Below are positions 9,322 to 18,368 of a stretch of 64,000 bases of DNA, piece by piece. This DNA is from a virus. The stretch is taken from positions 40,628 to 104,627 of the IMG/VR virus record IMGVR_UViG_3300020182_000008; one strand, 5' to 3'. Position 1 is the first letter of the stretch. The number at the start of each line of letters is the position of its first letter. Both the position numbers and the translations under genes were made by a program. Below the pieces are notes generated by a model. The model made no database searches. It was not told the origin of the DNA and worked only from the letters and a program-made list of their open reading frames with translations.

Positions 9322-9798
9322 ATGTTAAAATTAACTGTTACATTAGTGTTAATGTTGTTATCGTCCTTTGCGTTTGGGCAGGAGACTATACAAATCGGAG
9401 AGGTTAACAACAAAATTCAGCTAGGTCCTTTTGCGGGTAGTAGGGACCTAGCTTTTGGTGTTCAATCTATTCTTGAAGAAGCAATACAAGATAAAGGATA
9501 CAACTTATCCTATAATGCTGAAACTCAAATCCAAGTAGATTTATTATATTTTGATGTACAGAAAACCAATGTACAAATAGCTATTTACAGTAAAAATGTA
9601 GATGAATATCAAATTATTGCCCGTGCCTCATTACTTAAAAATGGTAAAAAGAAAAAACAGGTAGTAGCTAAAGGTACTGCTAAAGAAATATCCACATCAA
9701 CTCTCATTATAGATGAAGGTGGTCAGTTCTCTCAAACAAATGTTTCGACAGCTTTAAAGAAGGTTTGTATTGAATTAATTGATAAACTTAAACTATAA
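9322..9798 (+). CDS. Exported protein, CsgG/TolB-N-like fold (putative)
   Basis: Sec signal (AFG/Q); C-terminal FSQTNVSTALKK resembles FNQSSIGTATKK of 13655-14371. Confidence 0.5.
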   Translation: MLKLTVTLVLMLLSSFAFGQETIQIGEVNNKIQLGPFAGSRDLAFGVQSILEEAIQDKGYNLSYNAETQIQVDLLYFDVQKTNVQIAIYSKNVDEYQIIARASLLKNGKKKKQVVAKGTAKEISTSTLIIDEGGQFSQTNVSTALKKVCIELIDKLKL

Positions 9799-11544
9799 AT
9801 GAAAAAATTATTATTATTACTATTATTACCTTTACTATCATTTGGACAAAATGTTCAGCTTGGATTAGAAATGTTTCAAAATGATACTAATGAAGTAGTA
9901 GATGCAAACAATCCTATTGAAGAAGGATTACTACTAGGAGTAGGCCTACATATGTTTGCTGTAGGTTCTGATGACTTTACTTTACTAGCAGACAGTAGAT
10001 ACCTATTTGTAGATATCCAGTATAATAGTCAAATCTTATCACTTATTGATGATGCATATGATTTTCCATCTTTAGATCTTACAACAACTGGAGGTACTAT
10101 AGAAGAAAGGTATACATTTTCAAATACAAGTATTAGCCAAAGAACAAATGACCTAAAATTAGGTTATAATAGATGGCAAGCAGGAGATGATGTTTATTCT
10201 GAATATAATGCTAAATGGAGTGTAGTAAGAATAGCAATACAGCTAAGTGATGCAGGTTTTGATGCTTTTATGGATGAATCTACTATACGTACTGAGGAAC
10301 CTTTATTTGTTCAAGCATTCCAAGTTAAAACAGGTACAGTTTCTATTACAGAACAAGATATGTTTATAAATTTTGCAACAATAGATAATGTAGATGATAC
10401 CCAAGTAACTTCACTATATACTACTGCTGCATCATATCCACATCCTGTTATTGAATCTGTATCTTACAATGCTAAACTTCATTTTGATCTACCAGAGGCA
10501 ATAGATCCTACAAACTTTCAAGTAACAGTATATGAAGAAGGTGCAATAGATAGTCGTTTACCTGTAACCTTAGACGCAGCTGGAGATGCACTAATATCAG
10601 ATGTTGAGTTAGGTAAAACATATTATGCATCTAATTTAGATCCAATAGATAGAACATACCTACCAGACGTTCATACGGTAACAGATGCTTATAGATCGTT
10701 TAAGTATTTAAATGACGTAGGAATAAATGGTACAGATGTAACCTATAACAACTTCGGATTATTCTCAGCGGATGCTAACTTAAATGGTGAATTTACTTCA
10801 TATGATGTTTACGGTTTATTTGCCTATGTTTTAGGAATAGAAGTACAGGAAAATGGTGGTCAATCTGATGCACCCGGTGATACATTTTGTTTACCTTTCT
10901 TAGATGACAACGGAGTATGGTATCACGGATGTACAGCTACAGTATTATATGAAAACTACACTATAGAGAAATTAGGAGCTGAACTTGATATAAAAAACAC
11001 AGGTGAAAGTACAGGACAATATTGGAATAGTAGTTTTACTCCAACAGAAGATAATCTTAATTTTGATTTTGCTTTCTGGCATCATGTTGATTTAGACCAA
11101 TCACATAGTTCACAGTTCCCCGCTACATTAACTGCTAAAGCATCAAAGGCAGGTTTAAGCTTAAGTAATAAAGCAGTAGGTACTACCACTTTAGATATGG
11201 TCAGCAAAATAGAAAATGGTTTAGTTAAGGTTGAATTAACACATAGTGGAGAAGATATAGTAGGCCTACAAGCTAGAGTAAAATATGATACTTCTAAGTT
11301 AGTACTTAAAAATATAATATATGACACAGGCAATACTTTAACAAACTTTGGTAAACCATTTGATGGAGAGTTACTATTTGGAACTTTATCAAAAGACGGT
11401 TTAGATAATGTTAAAAAAGGTAAAGCATTTACAATAGAATTTACCCCTATAGGAATAGTAAACAACACTACAGGTTTATTCTATTTCGAAAACACAGATG
11501 CTGTTAAGCAAAACGGCGATAAAATGAACTTAAAAATACAATAA
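9799..11544 (+). CDS. Exported protein with dockerin-like EF-hand and C-terminal cohesin-like domain
   Basis: Signal peptide; ADANLNGEFTSYD loop; IVGLQARVKYDTSKL...LLFG cohesin-like pattern. Confidence 0.6.
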   Translation: MKKLLLLLLLPLLSFGQNVQLGLEMFQNDTNEVVDANNPIEEGLLLGVGLHMFAVGSDDFTLLADSRYLFVDIQYNSQILSLIDDAYDFPSLDLTTTGGTIEERYTFSNTSISQRTNDLKLGYNRWQAGDDVYSEYNAKWSVVRIAIQLSDAGFDAFMDESTIRTEEPLFVQAFQVKTGTVSITEQDMFINFATIDNVDDTQVTSLYTTAASYPHPVIESVSYNAKLHFDLPEAIDPTNFQVTVYEEGAIDSRLPVTLDAAGDALISDVELGKTYYASNLDPIDRTYLPDVHTVTDAYRSFKYLNDVGINGTDVTYNNFGLFSADANLNGEFTSYDVYGLFAYVLGIEVQENGGQSDAPGDTFCLPFLDDNGVWYHGCTATVLYENYTIEKLGAELDIKNTGESTGQYWNSSFTPTEDNLNFDFAFWHHVDLDQSHSSQFPATLTAKASKAGLSLSNKAVGTTTLDMVSKIENGLVKVELTHSGEDIVGLQARVKYDTSKLVLKNIIYDTGNTLTNFGKPFDGELLFGTLSKDGLDNVKKGKAFTIEFTPIGIVNNTTGLFYFENTDAVKQNGDKMNLKIQ

Positions 11545-11545
11545 A

Positions 11546-11926
11546 ATGAGCTTAAAATTCCAAAAAATATATTACACAATTCTATTTCTACTATTTCTAG
11601 CCTGCACTCCAGACTACGAATTTGAAATGGTGCCCTATGATTTTGTTCCTAAAGCTTTAGTAATTAAAAAAGATGTAGGTATAAAGTTAGATAATAATTT
11701 TGCTACAACATCAGCAAAAATGAATGTAAAACTTAATAGTACAGGAAACTACTATATAAAAGTATTAGATATAACTGGAAAAGTAGTCGCTAAAGAATTA
11801 GTAAATGGAAAAATTGGCGATAACATTTTTACAGTATACACGTCAACTCTACCTAAAAGTTCCTACAGGATAGAATTGTACTTAGAAGATGATAAAGTAG
11901 GAACTACATCAATAAATTTACTATGA
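11546..11926 (+). CDS. Lipoprotein with T9SS C-terminal-domain-like Ig fold
   Basis: Lipobox FLAC; YYIKVLDITGKVV...TSTLPKSSYRIEL. Confidence 0.6.
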   Translation: MSLKFQKIYYTILFLLFLACTPDYEFEMVPYDFVPKALVIKKDVGIKLDNNFATTSAKMNVKLNSTGNYYIKVLDITGKVVAKELVNGKIGDNIFTVYTSTLPKSSYRIELYLEDDKVGTTSINLL

Positions 11927-12405
11927 AAAAAATATTCGCAGTATTAGGTATAATAGGTTTTATAGCGTGTACTAATCCTTCTATGGAAAGAGGTTTAGAA
12001 TCTCTAAATGCTTCTTTAGCTGAACTAGAATCAGCTATGAGCGAAATAGATGTAAATCAAATATTAACTGATATTTCTACTATGCAAAGTCAAATTGAAG
12101 AAGCAGAAGATGATGTTCAAGTTTACCAAGAACAAGTAACAGAATGGGAATCTCAAATTCAAACTATACTTACAGATTTAGAATCAGTTACAGCTTTAAT
12201 AGAAAGCTCTGCAACTAGTGATCAACTACAAGATATTTTAGCTGACTTAGAACACAATCAATCATTAATTGATATGTTAGTAGCTGTAGCAGACTATGAT
12301 TACGACGGAGTATTAAATGCTTTAGATAAATGTCCAGACACTCCTCTTGCAGAGATTAATAAAGTAGATGTAGATGGTTGTTCTCCATCACAATTAGAAG
12401 ATTAA
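11923..12405 (+). CDS. Coiled-coil lipoprotein with TSP3-type Ca-binding repeat
   Basis: Lipobox FIAC; heptad region; DYDYDGVLNALDKCPDTP...VDVDGC. Confidence 0.7.
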   Translation: MKKIFAVLGIIGFIACTNPSMERGLESLNASLAELESAMSEIDVNQILTDISTMQSQIEEAEDDVQVYQEQVTEWESQIQTILTDLESVTALIESSATSDQLQDILADLEHNQSLIDMLVAVADYDYDGVLNALDKCPDTPLAEINKVDVDGCSPSQLED

Positions 12406-12406
12406 G

Positions 12407-12700
12407 ATGAAAGAATTTTTTGACGAATTTAAGAAACAAATTATTGCAGGTGTAGGTATAGTTATAACCGCAATAAGTGGAATTGTGATTACACAATTCA
12501 AAGAAATAGTAGGTATAGTAGATGAAGAAGAATCTGCTCCAACAGAGCAAGTTATTCAACAACCACAACAACCTAGTATTACTATCAATATTCCACAGCA
12601 AGAAGTAAAACGAGACACTGTGGTAAAAGTTGTGAAAGTTCAACCTAAACCAAAAAAGACCGAAACCGAAAAACGTAAGGATGAAGGTCTCGATTGGTAA
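12407..12700 (+). CDS. Single-pass membrane protein with P/Q-rich tail
   Basis: TM IIAGVGIVITAISGIVI; QQPQQP. Confidence 0.65.
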   Translation: MKEFFDEFKKQIIAGVGIVITAISGIVITQFKEIVGIVDEEESAPTEQVIQQPQQPSITINIPQQEVKRDTVVKVVKVQPKPKKTETEKRKDEGLDW

Positions 12701-12716
12701 TTAAAAAAATTAGATT

Positions 12717-12944
12717 ATGGCTTTCAAAGACATTTTTAAAGACGAAAACGACATCAACGAAAAATCAGTAGTTGGTTTCGCATCATTTGTAATCATGGTG
12801 TTATTTGCAATTGCAGATTTAACAACAGGTTACTTTGGAAAAGATTTAGTTATTAACGAGTTTGTTTACAATTCCTTTGTTATAGTAACTCTAGGAGCAT
12901 TTGGAATTGGTGAAGCAGGCAAAATATTTGGTAAAAAAGAATAA
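12717..12944 (+). CDS. Putative holin
   Basis: 75 aa, two TM segments, basic C-terminus, directly upstream of the amidase. Confidence 0.6.
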   Translation: MAFKDIFKDENDINEKSVVGFASFVIMVLFAIADLTTGYFGKDLVINEFVYNSFVIVTLGAFGIGEAGKIFGKKE

Positions 12945-12946
12945 TT

Positions 12947-13438
12947 ATGGCTATAGTACCTAAAGGAATAATCGTCCACTCAATGGCTGAGTATTTAAAG
13001 CTAGATGATGGACCAATGTATGCACACGACTTTCTAAAATCAATTAAATTGTCAGTACACGGTTTTATTAAACCAGATGGTACTTACGAAAAAATGGTTG
13101 AGACACCTGGTAAAGCATTCCACGCTGGTAAATCAGTGTTTGGTGAATTATCAGGTTTAAACTCACATTTTTTAGGCTTTGAATTATTAGTTCCAGGTAC
13201 ACATGACTTTGGAACATTTAGTAAAGCAATAGAAACTCCAGGAACATACACTGAAGAACAATTTAAACAATCAGTTGATGTATGTAAATGGTGGATGAAA
13301 GAATATAATATACCTGCTAATGCTGTAGTACGTCATTCAGATGTATCTGGAGACGATGTACGAGGCAAAGGTAAAGGTAAAACAGACCCTGGCTCAGCAT
13401 TTGATTGGGACAGATTTAAACAAGAATTAGTTACATAA
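12947..13438 (+). CDS. N-acetylmuramoyl-L-alanine amidase (endolysin, Amidase_2)
   Basis: IIVHS, SVHGFI, AFHAG, GFE, VVRHSDV, KTDPG.AFDW. Confidence 0.9.
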   Translation: MAIVPKGIIVHSMAEYLKLDDGPMYAHDFLKSIKLSVHGFIKPDGTYEKMVETPGKAFHAGKSVFGELSGLNSHFLGFELLVPGTHDFGTFSKAIETPGTYTEEQFKQSVDVCKWWMKEYNIPANAVVRHSDVSGDDVRGKGKGKTDPGSAFDWDRFKQELVT

Positions 13439-13467
13439 AATTTAACTTAAAAAACCAGTGAAGCGGA

Positions 13468-13662
13468 ATGAAAGAATTTATTACAAACTATAAAACACTC
13501 ATGAGTGAGTGTGAAACACCCTTAGACTATATTATAGCAGTCTGGGCAAACGTATTATTAGCTATATCCTTTTCAGGATTAGGTATGGTAGCATATGAGC
13601 TAATTACTAATCCACAACAATTTAACAACGTAACTTGGGGCATTTTCGATACCCTTGGTTAA
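13468..13662 (+). CDS. Small membrane protein
   Basis: 64 aa with one hydrophobic segment. Confidence 0.55.
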   Translation: MKEFITNYKTLMSECETPLDYIIAVWANVLLAISFSGLGMVAYELITNPQQFNNVTWGIFDTLG

Positions 13663-14371
13663 AAAATTATTTGTACTTGCATTATTAGCTTGTACAAGTA
13701 CTTTCGGACAAGTTGTTGGTAAAACAGTTACTGAGGATTACCAAGCGGAATTTGAGAAACGAGCCTCAATCTACTCAATTCCCGATTACATGGGTGAACC
13801 AGTACCTGTTGCTATACTCAGCATAGGTGTTAATGAAGAAATATTAGCTCAATATCCTGAATTAGGAGACTATCGTGTTGGATTAGGGTTATCTAACATT
13901 ACAGTTGCCTTTATGGATGAAACATTCAGATTTGAATTCGTTGAAACAAAAGACGAAATTAAAAATCGAATGGTAACCCAATATAAAGCGTCTGCTAAAG
14001 GACTACTTACCGAAAAATATGAATTAAAAGGTAATATAGTAGGAGCTAGATATTTTGGATACATAGAAGTATATGATTTCTCTATTTCAGAAGATGAAAC
14101 AATTAATCTTAAAGACGGTGTAACAAATAAACTAGTTACACGTTTAGGTATGCAAGTGCGTCTAGTAGATGCCCAATCAGGAATTTACATGACTGGTTCT
14201 GGGTTAGGTAAATCTACTACTACTAGAGAACTTACTATACTAAACGATGAGAATTTAGAAGAGGTAGCATTTAATCAATCATCAATTGGTACTGCTACTA
14301 AAAAAGCATTAGAAACAGCTGTAGCTAAGATAGTGCGTCGAATGATTCAAAAGAAGATATTTGACCACTAA
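13655..14371 (+). CDS. CsgG/HfaB-like envelope channel-family protein
   Basis: TTG start with signal or lipobox (LLAC); VAILS, RFEFVE, GARYFGYIEVYDFS, VRLVDAQSG, ALETAVAKIV. Confidence 0.65.
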   Translation: MVKKLFVLALLACTSTFGQVVGKTVTEDYQAEFEKRASIYSIPDYMGEPVPVAILSIGVNEEILAQYPELGDYRVGLGLSNITVAFMDETFRFEFVETKDEIKNRMVTQYKASAKGLLTEKYELKGNIVGARYFGYIEVYDFSISEDETINLKDGVTNKLVTRLGMQVRLVDAQSGIYMTGSGLGKSTTTRELTILNDENLEEVAFNQSSIGTATKKALETAVAKIVRRMIQKKIFDH

Positions 14372-16020
14372 TGAAAAAACTACTAACCTTAATATTATTA
14401 TTAGGTTGTAGCACATTATTCTCCCAGAACCTTATCCAAACTTATATGGATAGGTGTACTGGGGCTGTAACTGTGTTTACTGTACCTATGAACGGACAGA
14501 CTACTGTAGCATTCTATAACAAGTCTAAAACATTTACCTCAGCTCAATTTCAAAATGGTGAATTGCAATCTTGGTTAGAGCAAACGTATTTATGGTGGGC
14601 TACACTTAACCCTTGTTCAACGGCCCAAACGAATGTTACTACAACACAGCAACAGACACAGCAAACAACTCAACAAGCAACTCAAGCAGCCGAAAACGCA
14701 GCTAAGGCAACTCAATCGTTACCTGTCGTAGAGGCACCCCCTACTCCAATTGCACCCGTTGCTCCAACACCCACAGCCAATGCACCATCTACTGATACAA
14801 ACGTTGCCCCTACTACGAGTACACCTGAAGCTAGTACTGCAGTCGTGGACACTTCGAGTACAGATACTAGTGCACCAACTACAGATTCTGGATCACAAGC
14901 TAATACTAATGAATCTCCGACTACGGGAGACACCAATAGTGGAACTGAGACTAGCTCTGGAGAAACTGGGACGAATGAAAGTACAACGGAACAGACTTCA
15001 ACAGAGACTAGCGAATCACAAACTGAAACTCAAGAAACAGAACCTTCAACAAACGATTCAGAGGGAGGAGAAAATGAGACTACTACAGAAGAATCTACGG
15101 ATGAGACATCTGGCGAAAGCGAAGAAAATACAGAAACAGAAGAATCAGAAGTAGAAGAAACCACTGAAGAGGAATCAACAGAGGAAACTACTGAAGAAGA
15201 AAGTACAGAGGAAGAATCTACAGAAGAGGAATCATCTGAGGAGGAAGAATCATCTGAAGAAGAAAGTGAGGAGGAATCAAGTGATGAAGAGGAAGAATCA
15301 TCTGATAGTGAAGAACAAGATAATAAGAAAAAGAAAAAAAAGAAACAAACATTAGGTCCTCCTATCATAACATCAAATGTTGCTTCAATGCAAGGTTTAG
15401 ATGGTACCTATAGTTATTCTACTATGTTCGGTGTTTCACGTTCATCACTTATGGGCGATAAAACATACGGCTTAAATGCTATGGTTTATACTAACCTACA
15501 GCAATTTATGCTTACAGCTAGTTACACTAAAATCCACATCAATAAAGAAGGTAGAGTATCAAGGGTATATTCAGCATCAGCTGGTGCTGCTAAAATGTTT
15601 ACTACACTAATGGCTAATATGAACCACAGTGTAGTATTTCTAGGTAAAAAAGGCTCAGCATCAGGTATAGCTTTAGGTACTTCTATCACATCACTTGAAT
15701 TAAACGTAGTTAAAGGTTTAATATACTACGATGAAAATATATTATCACAATCAATTACAGGTTTTTATACAAAACCAATCCCAGTAAATAAGTTAACTAT
15801 TTCCCCCATGCTAGCAGTGTCTGCTCCCTTCGCTTCACTCGAAATGTATTCTAATCGAACTACATGGTCCACAGATGTAATGGTAATAGGGGGAAGTAGT
15901 TTTACTTATTCTTTAACTAAAAGATTTGGAATTAATTTGGGTGCTAACGCTATCTATAGTACATTACCTAACTTCCCTATTATAATGAGTTACACTATAG
16001 GTTCTCGTTTTTCTTTTTAA
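14371..16020 (+). CDS. Exported protein with long S/T/E-rich stalk and predicted C-terminal beta-barrel
   Basis: Signal peptide; Q/T-, P/T- and E/S-rich linkers; alternating beta-strand pattern ending YTIGSRFSF. Confidence 0.65.
   Translation: MKKLLTLILLLGCSTLFSQNLIQTYMDRCTGAVTVFTVPMNGQTTVAFYNKSKTFTSAQFQNGELQSWLEQTYLWWATLNPCSTAQTNVTTTQQQTQQTTQQATQAAENAAKATQSLPVVEAPPTPIAPVAPTPTANAPSTDTNVAPTTSTPEASTAVVDTSSTDTSAPTTDSGSQANTNESPTTGDTNSGTETSSGETGTNESTTEQTSTETSESQTETQETEPSTNDSEGGENETTTEESTDETSGESEENTETEESEVEETTEEESTEETTEEESTEEESTEEESSEEEESSEEESEEESSDEEEESSDSEEQDNKKKKKKKQTLGPPIITSNVASMQGLDGTYSYSTMFGVSRSSLMGDKTYGLNAMVYTNLQQFMLTASYTKIHINKEGRVSRVYSASAGAAKMFTTLMANMNHSVVFLGKKGSASGIALGTSITSLELNVVKGLIYYDENILSQSITGFYTKPIPVNKLTISPMLAVSAPFASLEMYSNRTTWSTDVMVIGGSSFTYSLTKRFGINLGANAIYSTLPNFPIIMSYTIGSRFSF
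15060..15345 (+). repeat. Acidic low-complexity tract (EEST/EESS units) followed by poly-Lys
   Basis: Degenerate gaagaa/gaggaatca repeats encoding EESTEE...EESSEE then KKKKKKK. Confidence 0.8.
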
Positions 16021-16037
16021 AGTAATGCACATCCAGC

Positions 16038-16068
16038 TTGGCTACCCGGGAAGCCGTTCGTATATTTA
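16038..16068 (+). promoter_or_regulatory. Early promoter TTGG-N17-CGTATATTTA
   Basis: Bacteroidota-like -33/-7 layout; fixed spacing shared by 11 sites. Confidence 0.8.
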
Positions 16069-16104
16069 CAGGGTAAATAAGTAATTAATTAAAACACAAA
16101 GGTT

Positions 16105-16908
16105 ATGTTAAATTATCAAAGCGAAAATTTTAAAAGTTTAGAAGAATTAAGAGAAACTGCTCCATCAATTTTTACTAAAAAGGGTAGTGACAATACTTCA
16201 GATAAGTATTCTCATATTCCAACTGATACAGTAATTAAAGATTTAGAGTTATTAGGATGGAATGTAGTAGATGCTAAAGAAGTTAAAGCAAGAAAGCAAG
16301 TAGGTTATCAAAAACACTTAGTTGTATTCCGTAATCCTGATGTGGTAATCAACGGAAAAGACGGTGATACAGTGTATCCTCAAATATTATTAACCAACTC
16401 ACATGATGGTAAGAATTCATTCAGTTTTCAAGCTGGTTTGTTTAGAATGATTTGTGAAAATGGATTAGTAATTGCTACTAAGCAGTTTGAAGCAATGAAA
16501 ATTCGCCATATGGGTTATGATTTTGAAACGTTGCAAGGTGTAATTAAAAATATGATTTCAAATCTTGATTTAACAGTTGAATCAATGAACAAAATGAAAG
16601 AAACTGAATTAACTGAAGAACAAACATTAGATTTTGCTAAGCAGTTACTTGAAACTAGAGTTGCTGGTTCTAAAAATAAATTTGGTGATGAAGCAATTTC
16701 TGATATTTTAACTCCACAACGTAAAGAAGATAAAGGAAATGGTTTATGGGAAGTATTTAATCGTGTTCAAGAGAATATAGTTGAAGGTAATTTCCAGTAT
16801 TTAACTCCAAGTGGCAAGCTTAGACAAGCAAGACCAATCAAGAATTTTAGACAAGATATGAATATCAATGCTAGAATGTATGAGCAAGCTTTAACGTTTG
16901 CGGCATAA
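16105..16908 (+). CDS. DUF932/DUF945 family protein
   Basis: APSIF, SDKYSHIPT, LLTNSHDG..SF.FQAGLFRMICENGL, LWEVFNRVQE. Confidence 0.9.
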   Translation: MLNYQSENFKSLEELRETAPSIFTKKGSDNTSDKYSHIPTDTVIKDLELLGWNVVDAKEVKARKQVGYQKHLVVFRNPDVVINGKDGDTVYPQILLTNSHDGKNSFSFQAGLFRMICENGLVIATKQFEAMKIRHMGYDFETLQGVIKNMISNLDLTVESMNKMKETELTEEQTLDFAKQLLETRVAGSKNKFGDEAISDILTPQRKEDKGNGLWEVFNRVQENIVEGNFQYLTPSGKLRQARPIKNFRQDMNINARMYEQALTFAA

Positions 16909-16914
16909 ATAATT

Positions 16915-16934
16915 TGCCCCCCGAAAGGGGGGCA
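16915..16934 (+). terminator. Intrinsic terminator-like hairpin
   Basis: TGCCCCCC-GAAA-GGGGGGCA just after the DUF932 stop; weak U-tail. Confidence 0.75.
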
Positions 16935-16948
16935 TTATATTTAGTTAA

Positions 16949-17557
16949 ATGAAAATAGCTTGTGATTGTTCTTACTGTTTAGAACATACATTTATTTGGG
17001 AAATAAATAGTATGGTGTGGGTTGAAATCCCAAAAAATGGCAGTCACAATTTAAAACATTTTAGATTTAAAAATAAATTAAATTTAATTAACTCTAATCA
17101 AATTAATAATTACAAAAGAGGATTTTTAATACTAAGAGATCCAATTGAAAGATTTAGATCTTTGTTATCTTTTTATTTTATTAATAATGTAGTACCTGTT
17201 ATTACAGATAAAATATATCCAAATATTAACCCCCCACGATATTTAGGAGGTTCTTGGTTATATAATTTAAAAACTAATCATAAAAATATTTGTGATATTG
17301 TTTTAGATAATTTTAAATTTATTTCTAAAATAGAAGATGCCCATCATTTTAGTTCTCAAAAAAGTTTTATACCAAATGAATTTTATAATTTAAATTTTAC
17401 AGTTTATAATTTAAAAGAAATGAATCTATTTTTTGGTATGGAAAAAAAAGTAAATACTACTAATACTTCTTCTATTTATATTAGTAAATCTAATGAACAA
17501 AAAATTAAGGATTTATATAGTGATGATGTTGAATTATATGAAAAATACTTAATATGA
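16949..17557 (+). CDS. Sulfotransferase family (Sulfotransfer_2-like)
   Basis: EIPKNGS, LRDPIERFRS, HFSSQ. Confidence 0.7.
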   Translation: MKIACDCSYCLEHTFIWEINSMVWVEIPKNGSHNLKHFRFKNKLNLINSNQINNYKRGFLILRDPIERFRSLLSFYFINNVVPVITDKIYPNINPPRYLGGSWLYNLKTNHKNICDIVLDNFKFISKIEDAHHFSSQKSFIPNEFYNLNFTVYNLKEMNLFFGMEKKVNTTNTSSIYISKSNEQKIKDLYSDDVELYEKYLI

Positions 17558-17841
17558 TTGAAGTGGTACAAGTCATAGACACCCAGCATGAAAATAGGAT
17601 AGGTAAAATATATCAATCTATTTTTTCTAAAGCATCTAAATATCATAATAAAAATTATGAAGCTAAATATAAAGAAATAATTTTTAAAGATATAATATTT
17701 CATGAAAATCACGATTTTATAAAAAAATATGAAGTAAATGTTTTGCCAACTACTTTATTCTTTAAAGATAATGAATTAGTTTTTAAAAAAGAAGGTATAA
17801 TGGCTACAAATCATATATTACATATTCTAGAAGAAATTTAA
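17554..17841 (+). CDS. Thioredoxin-fold protein lacking cysteines
   Basis: YEVNVLPTTLFFKDNELVFKKEG; no CxxC. Confidence 0.55.
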   Translation: MIEVVQVIDTQHENRIGKIYQSIFSKASKYHNKNYEAKYKEIIFKDIIFHENHDFIKKYEVNVLPTTLFFKDNELVFKKEGIMATNHILHILEEI

Positions 17842-17849
17842 TATTTATA
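17841..17849 (+). promoter_or_regulatory. Putative late promoter ATATTTATA
   Basis: Motif upstream of 17868. Confidence 0.55.
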
Positions 17850-17867
17850 ACATATAAAACAATCCAA

Positions 17868-18359
17868 ATGATAAAACTAGTTAATTTAATGGAATCTATG
17901 AGCCGAGGTGGTACTATAAAAGATTCATTTTATAATATTGCCAATACTGCAGATGAAGTTGATGGCGAAAACTTAGGTATAGATACTTATCCTATTCAAG
18001 TTAAACGTTTAGGTCCTTCTGCTGATGGTAAATCAAATGAAGAAATTAAAGTTACATTTGGACTAGGAGATAAAGATTATTTTAGTATCTATGATTATAA
18101 ATTTGGAGAAGATCCTACTAGTGAAGAAAATTATCAAGAAGAATATGATTTTAGTTTAGGTCTTCCTACAGGTAATACTGATACAGCTAAACGTTATGCT
18201 ATGAAATTAGGATTTAAAGTTGAAGGTATGCCTAAGTCAAACGCTGAAATGGGTGATGATGAATTAGAGGATTATTATCTTAACTTAGATAGTTTAGATG
18301 AAAGCAAAGAAGTAGATGGAGGCGTAGAATTCTTTAAACGAATTGCATTTAAAAAGTAA
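17868..18359 (+). CDS. Acidic hypothetical protein (possible internal head protein)
   Basis: MIKLVNLME N-terminus; follows the late motif. Confidence 0.7.
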   Translation: MIKLVNLMESMSRGGTIKDSFYNIANTADEVDGENLGIDTYPIQVKRLGPSADGKSNEEIKVTFGLGDKDYFSIYDYKFGEDPTSEENYQEEYDFSLGLPTGNTDTAKRYAMKLGFKVEGMPKSNAEMGDDELEDYYLNLDSLDESKEVDGGVEFFKRIAFKK

Positions 18360-18368
18360 ATTATACTG

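Noticed and set aside
14712-15368. Alternative-frame ORFs 14712-14936(-), 14750-15154(+) and 15030-15368(-, poly-Ser)
   Set aside because: Shadows of the low-complexity stalk in 14371-16020; low-complexity DNA lacks stops in several frames
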